A stretch of DNA of 32,000 bases, from the NCBI GenBank assembly GCA_029715105.1, contig CP085695.1, forward strand, positions 240,001 through 272,000, in the 5' to 3' direction. Each line of letters begins with the position of its first letter. Within the stretch, counting starts at the first letter, position 1. The notes below the pieces were generated by a model that saw nothing but the letters and a program-made list of their open reading frames with translations, had not been told where the DNA came from and ran no database searches. The position numbers and the translations under genes are program-made. Below are positions 9,534-19,307 of the stretch, piece by piece. This DNA is from Candidatus Saccharimonadota bacterium (lineage in GTDB: Bacteria > Pseudomonadota > Alphaproteobacteria > Rickettsiales > Anaplasmataceae).

Positions 9534-9901
9534 AATTTATTGTTTTCGTTTTTATTAACTAAACTGTGTTCGTAATGAATTCTAAAATTTCTTTTCATTA
9601 TTATTTTTCTTATTAGCTGATAATTGAGTAAACACACTGTATTAGATTTATTAATTATATTGTTATATTGTCTTCTTATGCAATACGAATTACTTATATA
9701 TTTCTACTGTTAAATCTGTGCATTTTGTTGTTATGCGATAATATACTTTCTTATTGTTTGTTAACTACTTTTTGTTTATTTTCTTGGTTTAATTTGTTAA
9801 ATTCTTTTTTTAAAGTAAAGAAAATGTTCTACTTGAAATTTCTTTCTTGAAAGAGAAGAATATATTATTTATATAATAAATATGATATGAGTTATGGAGA
9901 T

Positions 9902-9933
9902 CCCGTTTCTAATTGGAAACGGGGTGTTTTGTT
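9902..9933 (+). terminator. Intrinsic-terminator-like hairpin: CCCGTTTC-taattg-GAAACGGG followed by GTGTTTTGTTC
   Basis: 8-bp stem (9902-9909 / 9916-9923, 5 G-C pairs), 6-nt loop, U-rich tail 9927-9933 on the + strand only. It lies 170 nt upstream of aspS in a divergent spacer, so what it would terminate is unknown. Confidence 0.35.
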
Positions 9934-10101
9934 CAAAAGTTTCAAGAAATTGTTCTTTGTGGTCATAATCGTGGGAATTTGTAAGATTTTATACAACACA
10001 TATGAGAAACCATGTAGGTAATAATTAATGTATATTAATTTTAATCTACATTATGTTGATAAATTTTTATTTTTCTATAGGGTTATAAATTAGTATAAAA
10101 T

Positions 10102-11904
10102 ATGAACTGTTATAAAACTCATACATGTAATGAATTAAGAAAAAGAGATATAAAGAAAGAAGTTATTTTATCTGGATGGATATACCGTAAACGAGATCAT
10201 GGTAGTCTCATTTTTGTTGATTTAAGAGATTTTTATGGAATTACTCAGTTGGTATTTCGTAAGGATAAGGATTTTTTTAGTGAGATATCAAGTTTAAACT
10301 CAGAAAGTGTAATTACTGTTACCGGAATAGTTGAAACTAGAACTGAAGCTACTATAAATAGATCTATTTCAACAGGAGAGATAGAGGTTATAGTTAATGA
10401 TTTATATATTCAATCAAAAGTTGAATTTCATCAAGATGAGGAAATAGCAAAAGAAGAAAAAAGTATGTTGGCAAGTATTGCTATTGAACAAGAATATCCA
10501 GAAAATATGAGATTTAAATATCGTTTTCTTGATTTAAGACGTAGAAAAGTACTCAGTAATATTATTTTACGCTCACAAGTTATTGCAGAGTTACGTAAGC
10601 TTATGATAAAGCATGGATTTCTCGAAATTCAAACTCCAATACTTACTGCTTCTTCCCCTGAGGGAGCTCGTGATTATCTAGTACCTAGTAGGTTAAATCC
10701 TGGTAAATTTTATGCGTTACCACAAGCTCCACAGATTTTTAAACAATTGCTTATGATTTCAGGATTTGATAAGTATTTTCAGGTTGCACCATGTTTTCGT
10801 GACGAAGATGCGAGAGCTGATCGTTCTCCTGGAGAGTTTTATCAATTAGATCTTGAAATGTCTTTTGTAACTCAAGATGATATATTTAATGTTATTGAAT
10901 CTGTTTTATATAAAGTATTTGAGAAATTTTCTCATAAATTTGTTGACAAAAATTTTTCGCGCATTACGTATAAAGAAGCTATACTTAAGTATGGATCTGA
11001 TAAACCAGATTTGCGTAATCCTTTATTAATTAGTGATGTTACTGAGATTTTTCGTGGTTCTGGATTTGATGTTTTTGAAAAAAATATTGAGAAAGATATG
11101 GTGGTGAGAGCTATTCCTGCTCCTAAAACATCAGAGGAATCGCGTAGTTTTTTTCGCGAGAAGGTAGAACGAGCACAGAGTGAATTTGGCGCGAGAGGTC
11201 TTGGATATATAACGTTTGATAAAAATAATTCTGTAAAAGGATCATTTGTTAAGTTCCTTGATAATAATAGATTGAATCGTATAAAGGGAGTGATGAATGT
11301 AGAACCTGGAGATAGTGTGTTTTTTATTTCTGACACAGAAAATGAAGCAGCGATAATTGCTGGTAAAATGCGAACTCTTTTAGGATCAGAGTTGGGCCTA
11401 ATAGACGATAATGTTTTTAAATTTTGTTGGGTTGTTGATTTTCCTTATTTTGTTTTTAATAATGAAAGTAAGAAAATTGATTTTTTTCATAATCCATTCT
11501 CTATGCCTCATGGTGGCTTAAAGGATTTAGAAGTAAAAAATCCCTTGGATATTCTTGCCTATCAATATGATCTTGTTTGCAACGGAGTAGAATTATCGAG
11601 TGGAGCAATACGTAATAATAAATTAAATATCATGTATAAAGCCTTTGCTATTGCAGGTTATAGCAAAGAAGAAGTTGACAAAAAGTTTGGCGCACTTGTA
11701 CGCGCGTTTAGATTTGGGGTGCCACCTCATGGTGGAATAGCGCCAGGAATTGATAGAATAGTAATGTTACTTGCTGATGAACCAAATATTCGTGAGGTAG
11801 TATGTTTCTCTATGAATCAGCAAGGTAGAGATCTTTTAGTTGATGCTCCTTCTGAAGTAGATAATAAACATTTATGTGAGTTATCTTTACAAGTAAGTCA
11901 TTAA
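10102..11904 (+). CDS. aspS: Aspartyl-tRNA synthetase (bacterial type, class IIb)
   Basis: 600 aa. N-terminal OB fold ([30 protein letters not shown]), motif 1 region [50 protein letters not shown], and motif 3 [13 protein letters not shown]. Confidence 0.95.
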   Translation: MNCYKTHTCNELRKRDIKKEVILSGWIYRKRDHGSLIFVDLRDFYGITQLVFRKDKDFFSEISSLNSESVITVTGIVETRTEATINRSISTGEIEVIVNDLYIQSKVEFHQDEEIAKEEKSMLASIAIEQEYPENMRFKYRFLDLRRRKVLSNIILRSQVIAELRKLMIKHGFLEIQTPILTASSPEGARDYLVPSRLNPGKFYALPQAPQIFKQLLMISGFDKYFQVAPCFRDEDARADRSPGEFYQLDLEMSFVTQDDIFNVIESVLYKVFEKFSHKFVDKNFSRITYKEAILKYGSDKPDLRNPLLISDVTEIFRGSGFDVFEKNIEKDMVVRAIPAPKTSEESRSFFREKVERAQSEFGARGLGYITFDKNNSVKGSFVKFLDNNRLNRIKGVMNVEPGDSVFFISDTENEAAIIAGKMRTLLGSELGLIDDNVFKFCWVVDFPYFVFNNESKKIDFFHNPFSMPHGGLKDLEVKNPLDILAYQYDLVCNGVELSSGAIRNNKLNIMYKAFAIAGYSKEEVDKKFGALVRAFRFGVPPHGGIAPGIDRIVMLLADEPNIREVVCFSMNQQGRDLLVDAPSEVDNKHLCELSLQVSH

Positions 11905-11937
11905 TTTTATATATTATCGGTTGTATTTTAAATTGAT

Positions 11938-13137
11938 ATGAATAATGTTCAAAAAGCTATAGTGTTTGTATAATTTGTAATATAGGTACGAGTTAACTTT
12001 GTTCGAAGTTTTAGCTTATATAATGGGCATGTTTTCTTTTTAAAAGCTCTCATTTAAATACGATTAAATTTTTTGGTAGTTTTGCAATTGAGTTTGGATT
12101 TAGACTGTTGGTGCAATTATTTTTGATTATACTAGAATAGTATGGTAATAAATTTTATTAATTTTTATAGCTTCGATAGCATCTACTACAATTGCAGTTG
12201 TACCAGGTTTTAAGGAAATTGGAATATTTTCTCCTTACCTACTTTTATTATGTGTAGAAAATAGTACAGCAAGGTATAGCCTGGCGGGGAAACTAGTGTT
12301 AGTTTATCTTTTTAAGTAGAGCATTAATTAATAAAAGAGATTTAGTTTCTGAGGAGTCATGAAAGTTTTTAGTGGTGCTCTTGGTTCTATTGTGTATTTT
12401 ATAATGAAAGTTATTTGTAAGAAATTTATAGAAAGAATTATGAAATTTGGGGTAGAGACTGTCTTTATTTTTGTTTTATCATGAGATGTGATAGGTTTTT
12501 ACGAAGTTAACAAAAGAGAATTTTTAGTGTATAAGAAAGAAATTTATAATCTTCAAAATAAAAATTTGTTTGATTCTTCATTTAAAGCTACTGAGAGATT
12601 ATAAAGAGATAATTGCTTTAGCAGTAGGACTTGGTATTTTTGCATAGAACACAATTATTTATTGTGATTACATTTTATAATATGTCTTTGAAAGAACTTA
12701 TCCTTTTAGGAGTTAATATTAAGAATATGGTAAGAATTGTTGTCGAAGTTATATTTGGAATATCTGGCAGTATCACTTGCGATGTTATCTGATAAAATGT
12801 AGAAAGAAAAAAGATTTCTATATTGGTTATTTTAACTTGTGTTAGTTTTCTATGTTTTTCTATTTTCATGTAGTAATTATTCTGTAGTAGTATTAACTTT
12901 TTATTTGATTATTAATATATCAATAAGTGTGCTTTTGAAATATACATAATTCTCTTGTTTGTGAATTATTTTTACAAAAATTAGATGTACTTGTTTTTTA
13001 GTTTAGCGCAGAATGTTTCTGCAGAAATTTTTGGTGGGGTTCTCCCCTATTCATATGTTATGTAGTAGTTGATAGAAAAGATTGAAACAAAATTTACGGC
13101 AGGCATTATCTCTTATTACTATTTGTGTGTTAATTAG
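11938..13137 (+). pseudogene. Decayed MFS transporter of the ProP / metabolite:H+ symporter (MHS) type
   Basis: No intact ORF. Six collinear + strand fragments in three different frames, interrupted by at least 6 stops, match successive conserved ProP blocks. Fragments and coordinates are in the first finding. Boundaries are approximate. Confidence 0.7.
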
Positions 13138-13283
13138 TTTATAATATCTGTGTACAAATTAAAACGGAAGATATTAAAATTGATTGGTAAATTTAGAATG
13201 ATAATTTTATGTTATTGTTATCATTGATTAAATCAATATGTTTTTTTTTATAAAATAAGCGGTATTTTTACAAGTAAAAACTT

Positions 13284-13793
13284 TTATTTAGAAATTAAAG
13301 TTAAAAAATATTGGTTCCCTTCTAGTTTGGGTTCTAATTCTACTTTTGCAATATCTTTTGTATCTTTAATTAACTGTTCTAGTTTCTCCATTCCTATTTC
13401 AGCGCTTATTAGTTCTCTACCTTTAAATTTCATTGTAATCTTAATTTTATGTCCATGTACGATAAAATCTCTTATATGGCGTAATTTTGTTTGGTAATCA
13501 TGATTACCAATATTGGGGCCTATTTTGACTTCTTTTATTGCTAGTATTTTTTGCTTTTTTTTTGCTTCGCTTGCTTTCTTTTTTGCGTTATATTTTTGTT
13601 TACTATAATCTAATATTTTACATACGGGTGGAACTGAGTTGGGTGAAATTTCTACTAAGTCTAAACCTGCTTTTTGAGAAATTTTTAGAGCTTGTTCTGT
13701 TGTCATGATTCCGATCATTTTACCATTTTGATCAACCAAACGTACTGTTTCAGTTATGATGAATTCATTAATTCTATACTTTTTAATTTGCAA
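13284..13793 (-). CDS. infC: Translation initiation factor IF-3, with non-AUG start
   Basis: 169 aa. RINEFIITETVRLVDQNG, N-domain, K-rich linker, and C-domain KEVKIGPNIGNHDYQTKLRHIRDFIVHGHKIKITMKFKGRE. The first codon of the ORF is TTG (13793-13791), with ATT two codons later. There is no in-frame ATG upstream of the conserved N-domain. The gene starts 3 nt after the thrS stop. Confidence 0.9.
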   Translation of the reverse strand: MQIKKYRINEFIITETVRLVDQNGKMIGIMTTEQALKISQKAGLDLVEISPNSVPPVCKILDYSKQKYNAKKKASEAKKKQKILAIKEVKIGPNIGNHDYQTKLRHIRDFIVHGHKIKITMKFKGRELISAEIGMEKLEQLIKDTKDIAKVELEPKLEGNQYFLTLISK

Positions 13794-13796
13794 GTT

Positions 13797-15710
13797 TTAA
13801 TTCCTCCTGTTAAAATTAATACTTTTTAACAAAATTTCAGTAGCTTCTTTGTAAGGAGAAGATTCCTGTTTTTTCGATTCTAAGTTTCTCATTGAGACAG
13901 TTCTATTTACAACTTCATTGTTACCTACAATCCATAATATAGGGATCTTATTCAAACTATGCAAGCGTACTTTATAGCCAATTTTTTCATTAGTTAAATC
14001 TATTTTAACTCTAACACCTTGTTTTTTTAAGGTGTTGTAAATTTCTGTAGCATAACAATTAGCTTCACTTGTAATTGTTAAAATAGCAAGTTGTGTCGGA
14101 GCTAACCAAAGTGGAAATTTTCCTGCATAATGTTCTATTAAAATTCCAATAAAACGCTCAAAAGTTCCAAGAATTGCTCTATGTAGCATAACTGGATGGT
14201 ATTTTTGTCCATCTGCTCCTATATAAAAAGCTTTTAAACGATTTGGTAAAATAAAATCAACTTGCAATGTTCCACATTGCCAATCTCTACCTATTGCATC
14301 TTTTAAAATAAATTCTAGTTTTGGGCCGTAAAATGCACCTTCACCTGGATTAAGATCATAGTTTAAACCTGTTTCTCTCACTGCTCTAAGAAGAGCTTTT
14401 TCAGCTTTATCCCAAATTTCATCGCTTCCATCTCTAATATTTGGGCGGTTTGAAAATTTTATAAAGACTTCATTGAATCCAAGTTCTGAATATACTTCTT
14501 TTAAGAGATTACAAAATTTTATAGTTTCGGAATTAATTTGTTCTTCTGTACAAAAAATGTGTGCATCATCTTGTGTAAAACTACGTACTCTCATCAATCC
14601 ATATAATGAACCTGAGCTTTCATTTCTGTGACATGTACCAAATTCTGCCATACGTATTGGTAAATTGCGATAGCTTCTAGTGTAGGAATTAAAAATTTGT
14701 ACATGACAAGGGCAATTCATAGGTTTTATTGCTAATTTGCTGCTTCCAAATTTATCAAAAGTAAACATGTTTTTGCGAAATTTATCCCAATGTCCTGATT
14801 TTTCCCATAATTCTTTGCTTATTAGAATAGGAGTCTTCACTTCAGTGTAACCATTATTTACTAATTTTTTTCTTATATAAGATTCAAGGATGTTATACAA
14901 AATATAACCCTGTTCATGCCAAAAGATTTGTCCAACAGCCTCTTCTTGAATATGAAATAATTTCATACTTTTCGCAATTTTACGATGATCACGTTTTTCT
15001 ATTTCTTTTAAACGTTCAAGATAAGCGTTTAGTTCTTCATTATTTCGCCAAGCAGTACCATATATTCGTTGTAGCGGGCTATTAATATTATTACGCCAGT
15101 ATATGCCTCCTACTACTTTTATTAATTTAAATATTTTTACTTTACCTGTTGATAATGAGTGTGGACCACGACATAAGTCAACAAAATCTCCTTGTCTATA
15201 AATAGTTAGACTTTCATCTTTTGGTATTGAGGAGATAATATCAACTTTATATTTTTCACCTCTGTTATTAAAGAAATCTATTGCTTGTTTATGTGTCCAA
15301 GTTTCTTTAATAAATTTATAATTGTTTTTTATGATTTTTTTCATTTTTTTTTCTATTGCGATAAGATCATTAGTAGTGAGAGTATGATTTATAGCAAAAT
15401 CGTAGTAAAAACCATCTTGAATGGTTGGGCCTATAGCAATTTTAGCTTCTGGAAAAAGTTCTTTTACAGCCTGAGCCATTATGTGGGCAGCGTCATGTCT
15501 TATGATGTCTAAACCTATTTCATCATTAAGTTGTATTATTTCTATTTCTGCATTGGGTTCAATCTCACATGAGAGATCATATAATTTACCATTTATTTTT
15601 AAGGCAATAGCTTTTTCTAAAAGACTAGGTTTTAATACATTAAAGCCAGTAATTTTACTGGGGCATTTCTTTTTTTGTTTATTATCCAGAGGAGTAGTAA
15701 CTTTAATCAT
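13797..15710 (-). CDS. thrS: Threonyl-tRNA synthetase
   Basis: The track ORF extends to 15761. The ThrRS-like N-terminus [11 protein letters not shown] begins at the ATG at 15710, which I prefer. TGS domain, editing-domain [11 protein letters not shown], class II core [25 protein letters not shown], and the anticodon-binding domain are all present. Confidence 0.93.
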   Translation of the reverse strand: MIKVTTPLDNKQKKKCPSKITGFNVLKPSLLEKAIALKINGKLYDLSCEIEPNAEIEIIQLNDEIGLDIIRHDAAHIMAQAVKELFPEAKIAIGPTIQDGFYYDFAINHTLTTNDLIAIEKKMKKIIKNNYKFIKETWTHKQAIDFFNNRGEKYKVDIISSIPKDESLTIYRQGDFVDLCRGPHSLSTGKVKIFKLIKVVGGIYWRNNINSPLQRIYGTAWRNNEELNAYLERLKEIEKRDHRKIAKSMKLFHIQEEAVGQIFWHEQGYILYNILESYIRKKLVNNGYTEVKTPILISKELWEKSGHWDKFRKNMFTFDKFGSSKLAIKPMNCPCHVQIFNSYTRSYRNLPIRMAEFGTCHRNESSGSLYGLMRVRSFTQDDAHIFCTEEQINSETIKFCNLLKEVYSELGFNEVFIKFSNRPNIRDGSDEIWDKAEKALLRAVRETGLNYDLNPGEGAFYGPKLEFILKDAIGRDWQCGTLQVDFILPNRLKAFYIGADGQKYHPVMLHRAILGTFERFIGILIEHYAGKFPLWLAPTQLAILTITSEANCYATEIYNTLKKQGVRVKIDLTNEKIGYKVRLHSLNKIPILWIVGNNEVVNRTVSMRNLESKKQESSPYKEATEILLKSINFNRRN

Positions 15711-16417
15711 TGGAAACCGAAATATATAATATAGCAAATGGGACAAAGATTTTATATGCATTAAAATATCTTTGTAATTCTAAATTAGTACGTATGTATT
15801 GTTTATGTTGTAATAGTACAAATCTTTTTATAGGTATTATCATAAATAAGTATTATAAATATTTTTAATATGTGAACATATTTTTAACGCATATTAAAAA
15901 TATATATGCATATACAAGTGGTTATAGATATAATATGTAATACCTAAAAAGTAAAGAAGTGGAGTAAAAAAACATAAATTTGACGTTATTTGGAGATAAA
16001 AATAGGAAGAAAACCGATCCCCTTTTCGAAGGGAGAGAAATTGAATTTTATGTTCTTTTAGTATTATAATTATTGTTTACTTATGTAATGAGTAAACGTG
16101 ACCTTTAATTTTCTTTATTGAGATATCGAGATCCCGCATTCTACAATTAACTTTGTAAGTATTACTATTTAATTTTAATATATTTAATATAATTACCGTC
16201 TTTATGCTACAAATATATTACAACAAATTTTGTTTTACAAAATCTTTCTAAGATTTTATTACTATAATAAATAATACAAAAATAAATTCAAGTATTTTCT
16301 TGAATTTTAACATTCTATTTGAGACGTATAAAATATAAATAATGAAAAGAATCTCTGTTGCTACGATGTTTATTGTTATATAGACTATTATATATTATAG
16401 ATAGACAGAATTATATT

Positions 16418-16897
16418 ATGAATAAAGAATTAATAGTAAAGCATTTAAATAAGTCACTGACTGATGAGTTAACTTCTATGCGCCAGTATTTTTTGCATTC
16501 TATAATTTTTAAAGATAATGGAATCAGTAAACTTGCAGAGAAGATGAAAAATGACCTTGATGAAGAATTTAAACATGCGAATAAATTAGCGGAAAGAATT
16601 TTATTTCTTAAGGGTATACCGAATTTTCAGGATACGAACGAAATTTCAAAATATGATGGGAAATTTGTAAAAAGTTCAATATTAAGAATATTAGAGAATG
16701 ATTTAGAGTTAGAAGAGGAGGGAGTGAAGGATTATAGAGAAGCGATTTTAGTAGCTAGAAAGGAGGGAGACTTTGTAAGTGTTATTTTATTAGAAGAGTT
16801 ATTAAAAAATGAAGAAGAACACTATCATTGGATTGAAGAACAGATTGCTTTTATTGATCTTATAGGTGTTGAAAATTATTTAAAAACGCAGATGTAA
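16418..16897 (+). CDS. bfr: Bacterioferritin-family protein (ferroxidase residues retained, heme-ligand Met position is Phe)
   Basis: The track ORF starts at a TTG at 16358. Alignment to E. coli Bfr starts at the ATG at 16418 (MNKELIVKHLNKSLTDELTSMRQYFLHS...), giving 159 aa. E17, E50, H53, an E in ELEEE, and EEEH align with ferroxidase ligands E18/E51/H54/E94/E127/H130. Confidence 0.85.
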   Translation: MNKELIVKHLNKSLTDELTSMRQYFLHSIIFKDNGISKLAEKMKNDLDEEFKHANKLAERILFLKGIPNFQDTNEISKYDGKFVKSSILRILENDLELEEEGVKDYREAILVARKEGDFVSVILLEELLKNEEEHYHWIEEQIAFIDLIGVENYLKTQM

Positions 16898-16898
16898 G

Positions 16899-17525
16899 GT
16901 GTTTAAAAAAATAGTGTTTGTTTTGGTCATACCTTGTCTTCTTTTTTTACTAGGATTATGGCAAATATTTAGATTAAATTGGAAAAATAGTATTATTAAA
17001 AATATGAATCTTCCAGGTATTTATCTGTTTTCTGATAATAATGATCTCATGGAATTTAATTATAGAAATATTAAAATTGATGGAATATTAAGTAATATAC
17101 AATTGTATGTTTTTGCGTCAAGTCGAGGTTATTATGTATTACTCCCAATGTTGCTTACTAATGGACATTACATATTAGTAAATAAGGGAATAGTAAAAGA
17201 TAAAGAGGAGGAGAATAAAACAAAAGTTAAGAGAGTAATTATAAGTGGGGTTTTATATTGTGATGGCAGTAATAATAAAGATTGGTTAGTTAAAAATGAT
17301 ATTGTTTCGAACACATGGTTTACATTAAGTACAAAAAAGATTTCTAATGAGCTTGGTATTAAATTAGAGCAATGTATGTTATGGGAAAAAGATTTCGGTA
17401 ATAGCAGTTTACAGCCAATTAAGCATTTAGAATATGCAATAACTTGGTTTGCGCTTTCTTTAATTTGGTGTATAGTTTGTTTTACGACAAAAGAGGAAGT
17501 TCATAATTCTAAAAGGATTAGATAA
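16899..17525 (+). CDS. SURF1-family cytochrome oxidase assembly protein
   Basis: 208 aa with a GTG start 1 nt after the bfr stop. N-terminal TM plus GLWQIFRLNWK, and C-terminal KHLEYAITWFALSLIW. Both are SURF1 hallmarks. Confidence 0.75.
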   Translation: MFKKIVFVLVIPCLLFLLGLWQIFRLNWKNSIIKNMNLPGIYLFSDNNDLMEFNYRNIKIDGILSNIQLYVFASSRGYYVLLPMLLTNGHYILVNKGIVKDKEEENKTKVKRVIISGVLYCDGSNNKDWLVKNDIVSNTWFTLSTKKISNELGIKLEQCMLWEKDFGNSSLQPIKHLEYAITWFALSLIWCIVCFTTKEEVHNSKRIR

Positions 17526-17589
17526 AATAAAAATTAAGATAGCACAGCTAAAAGGAGTTTTGGCAGCTTGGTTGGGGTAGTTTTCCAAT

Positions 17590-19305
17590 TCATTCATCTA
17601 TATCAGTGCTGATATCTTTTATCATGCTGTAATTGCCTTTTCTGAATCTGCTTTTTAGGGATTCAACTCCACTTTCGCTAATGCCACTTAGAACAAGTGC
17701 TGCTCCACCAAGCTGTAATCCAACTTCAGATGTTTCAGGGATGATTTTACTGACTCCTAGAGCTTTATAAGTTTCCACATTATTCAGGTTTGGTAAACGT
17801 ATTATAATATTCACATGTGAAAAGTTTGCTGTAACTAAAGAAACTATTTTTTTTATGGTAATTTCGTTCTTTATTGAAATTACGATGGCTTGTGCTCTTT
17901 CAATTCCTATTGATTTTAAGATTTCATATCTTGTAGCATCTCCAAGATATATAGGAAAACTATCATTTTTTCCCCTTTTAACTATTTTTGATTGAATATC
18001 TATGACGACATAACTTAAATGTTCTGCGGTAAGCATTTTTGTTACCATATATCCTACACTACCAAATCCTGCAACTATTACATGGTTATAAAGATCTTGC
18101 GTGTCTGTTTCAATTGCTTTACTATCTAATATTATTTTCTCAATACTAAACGAATTCGCTATCCACTCTCCTAATCCAGATAAAAGAGGGGTAAAGGCCA
18201 TAGTTACTGTAGTTACCATCATAAGCACTTGAGCGATTTCACTTGGTAGTACATTTAACTCGTCTGCTAAGCGAAATAGAATAAATGCAAATTCACCACC
18301 TTGTGCTAGCAACAGTCCAGCCTGTATAGCAGGTGTGCTTTTGAAACCAAAAAATCTGCATAATATATATATTATGGATGTTTTTAAAAGAATAAGGATT
18401 ATTGATAATAGAGTAATTAATGGTAATTTATTGAGTAAAAGATCAATGTCAATTGACATTCCAACTGTCATAAAAAATAAACCGAGAAATAAATCTTTAA
18501 ATGGTAATACAGCATGCTCAACGGAGTGTCTATGTTCTGTTTCTGCAACTAATAATCCTGCAACAAATGCACCTAATGCCATTGATAAATGAAATTGTTC
18601 AGTAATAAATGCTGCACTTAATATTATTAAAAGTGTTGTTGATACAAAAACTTCATTACTTTCCATTTTGGCGATTATTGAAAATAATGGTCTAAGCAAT
18701 AATCTGCCAGTTATGAATATTAATACTAATGAAATAGCCGCTTGTACTAGCGAGCCTGCTAATGAATTTAATAGGTTATCAGAATTACCAGTGAGTAAAG
18801 GTACTAATACTATTAGTGGCACTACAGCAAAATCCTGCATTAATAGTACCGCTATTGATAGTCTACCGACTTGACTTGCTTGGAATCCTTTTTCCTGTAG
18901 AACTTGTAATACAATTGCAGTTGAGGATAACGCTAGCCCACCACCGATAACTGCTGCTATATTAGCATTTACTCTAAAAGTAATAGCGATACACCATATT
19001 GCTATCATAGTAACTATAACTTGAAGAGAGCCAAATCCAAACACGTGTATACGCATAGCAATAAGGCGCTCAAATGTTAGCTCAAGCCCTATAATAAATA
19101 ATAGGAAAACTACACCAAATTCTGCAAAATTGTCCATCACATTAGCTGAATGTATTAGATTAAATCCATGAGAACCAATTAATGCTCCTGCAACGAAGTA
19201 ACCAAGTACAGGGCTAATATTCATTTTCCAAAATACTATAACCACAAATACGGCAGCTGAAAGCAAAATTATTATGTCAAATAAATACTGAGAACTTCCG
19301 TGCAT
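17590..19305 (-). CDS. Kef-type (CPA2) monovalent cation/K+ efflux protein with C-terminal TrkA-N/KTN domain
   Basis: The track ORF begins at 19341. The ATG at 19305 (MHGSSQYLFDIIILLSAAVF...) avoids a 34-nt overlap and fits Kef N-termini. Blocks: VLGYFVAGALIGSHG, a membrane domain, then VIVAGFGSVGYMV (GxGxxG). Confidence 0.85.
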   Translation of the reverse strand: MHGSSQYLFDIIILLSAAVFVVIVFWKMNISPVLGYFVAGALIGSHGFNLIHSANVMDNFAEFGVVFLLFIIGLELTFERLIAMRIHVFGFGSLQVIVTMIAIWCIAITFRVNANIAAVIGGGLALSSTAIVLQVLQEKGFQASQVGRLSIAVLLMQDFAVVPLIVLVPLLTGNSDNLLNSLAGSLVQAAISLVLIFITGRLLLRPLFSIIAKMESNEVFVSTTLLIILSAAFITEQFHLSMALGAFVAGLLVAETEHRHSVEHAVLPFKDLFLGLFFMTVGMSIDIDLLLNKLPLITLLSIILILLKTSIIYILCRFFGFKSTPAIQAGLLLAQGGEFAFILFRLADELNVLPSEIAQVLMMVTTVTMAFTPLLSGLGEWIANSFSIEKIILDSKAIETDTQDLYNHVIVAGFGSVGYMVTKMLTAEHLSYVVIDIQSKIVKRGKNDSFPIYLGDATRYEILKSIGIERAQAIVISIKNEITIKKIVSLVTANFSHVNIIIRLPNLNNVETYKALGVSKIIPETSEVGLQLGGAALVLSGISESGVESLKSRFRKGNYSMIKDISTDIDE

Positions 19306-19307
19306 TG

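Noticed and set aside
9668-9850. 60-aa + strand ORF in the ccmA/aspS spacer
   Set aside because: The product is almost entirely L/F/I/C/S from AT-rich codons. There is no SD sequence and no recognisable domain. Treated as chance.
12675-12869. 64-aa minus-strand ORF
   Set aside because: It lies antisense within the decayed MFS pseudogene, and the + strand carries the homology signal (LSDK..K.K block at 12776-12814).
15711-15761. 5' extensions of track ORFs: thrS to 15761, bfr from 16358, kef to 19341, tpiA from 30175
   Set aside because: Homology-consistent N-termini begin at internal ATGs (15710, 16418, 19305, 30223). The extensions add non-conserved residues, overlap a neighbouring gene or a tRNA, or start at TTG.
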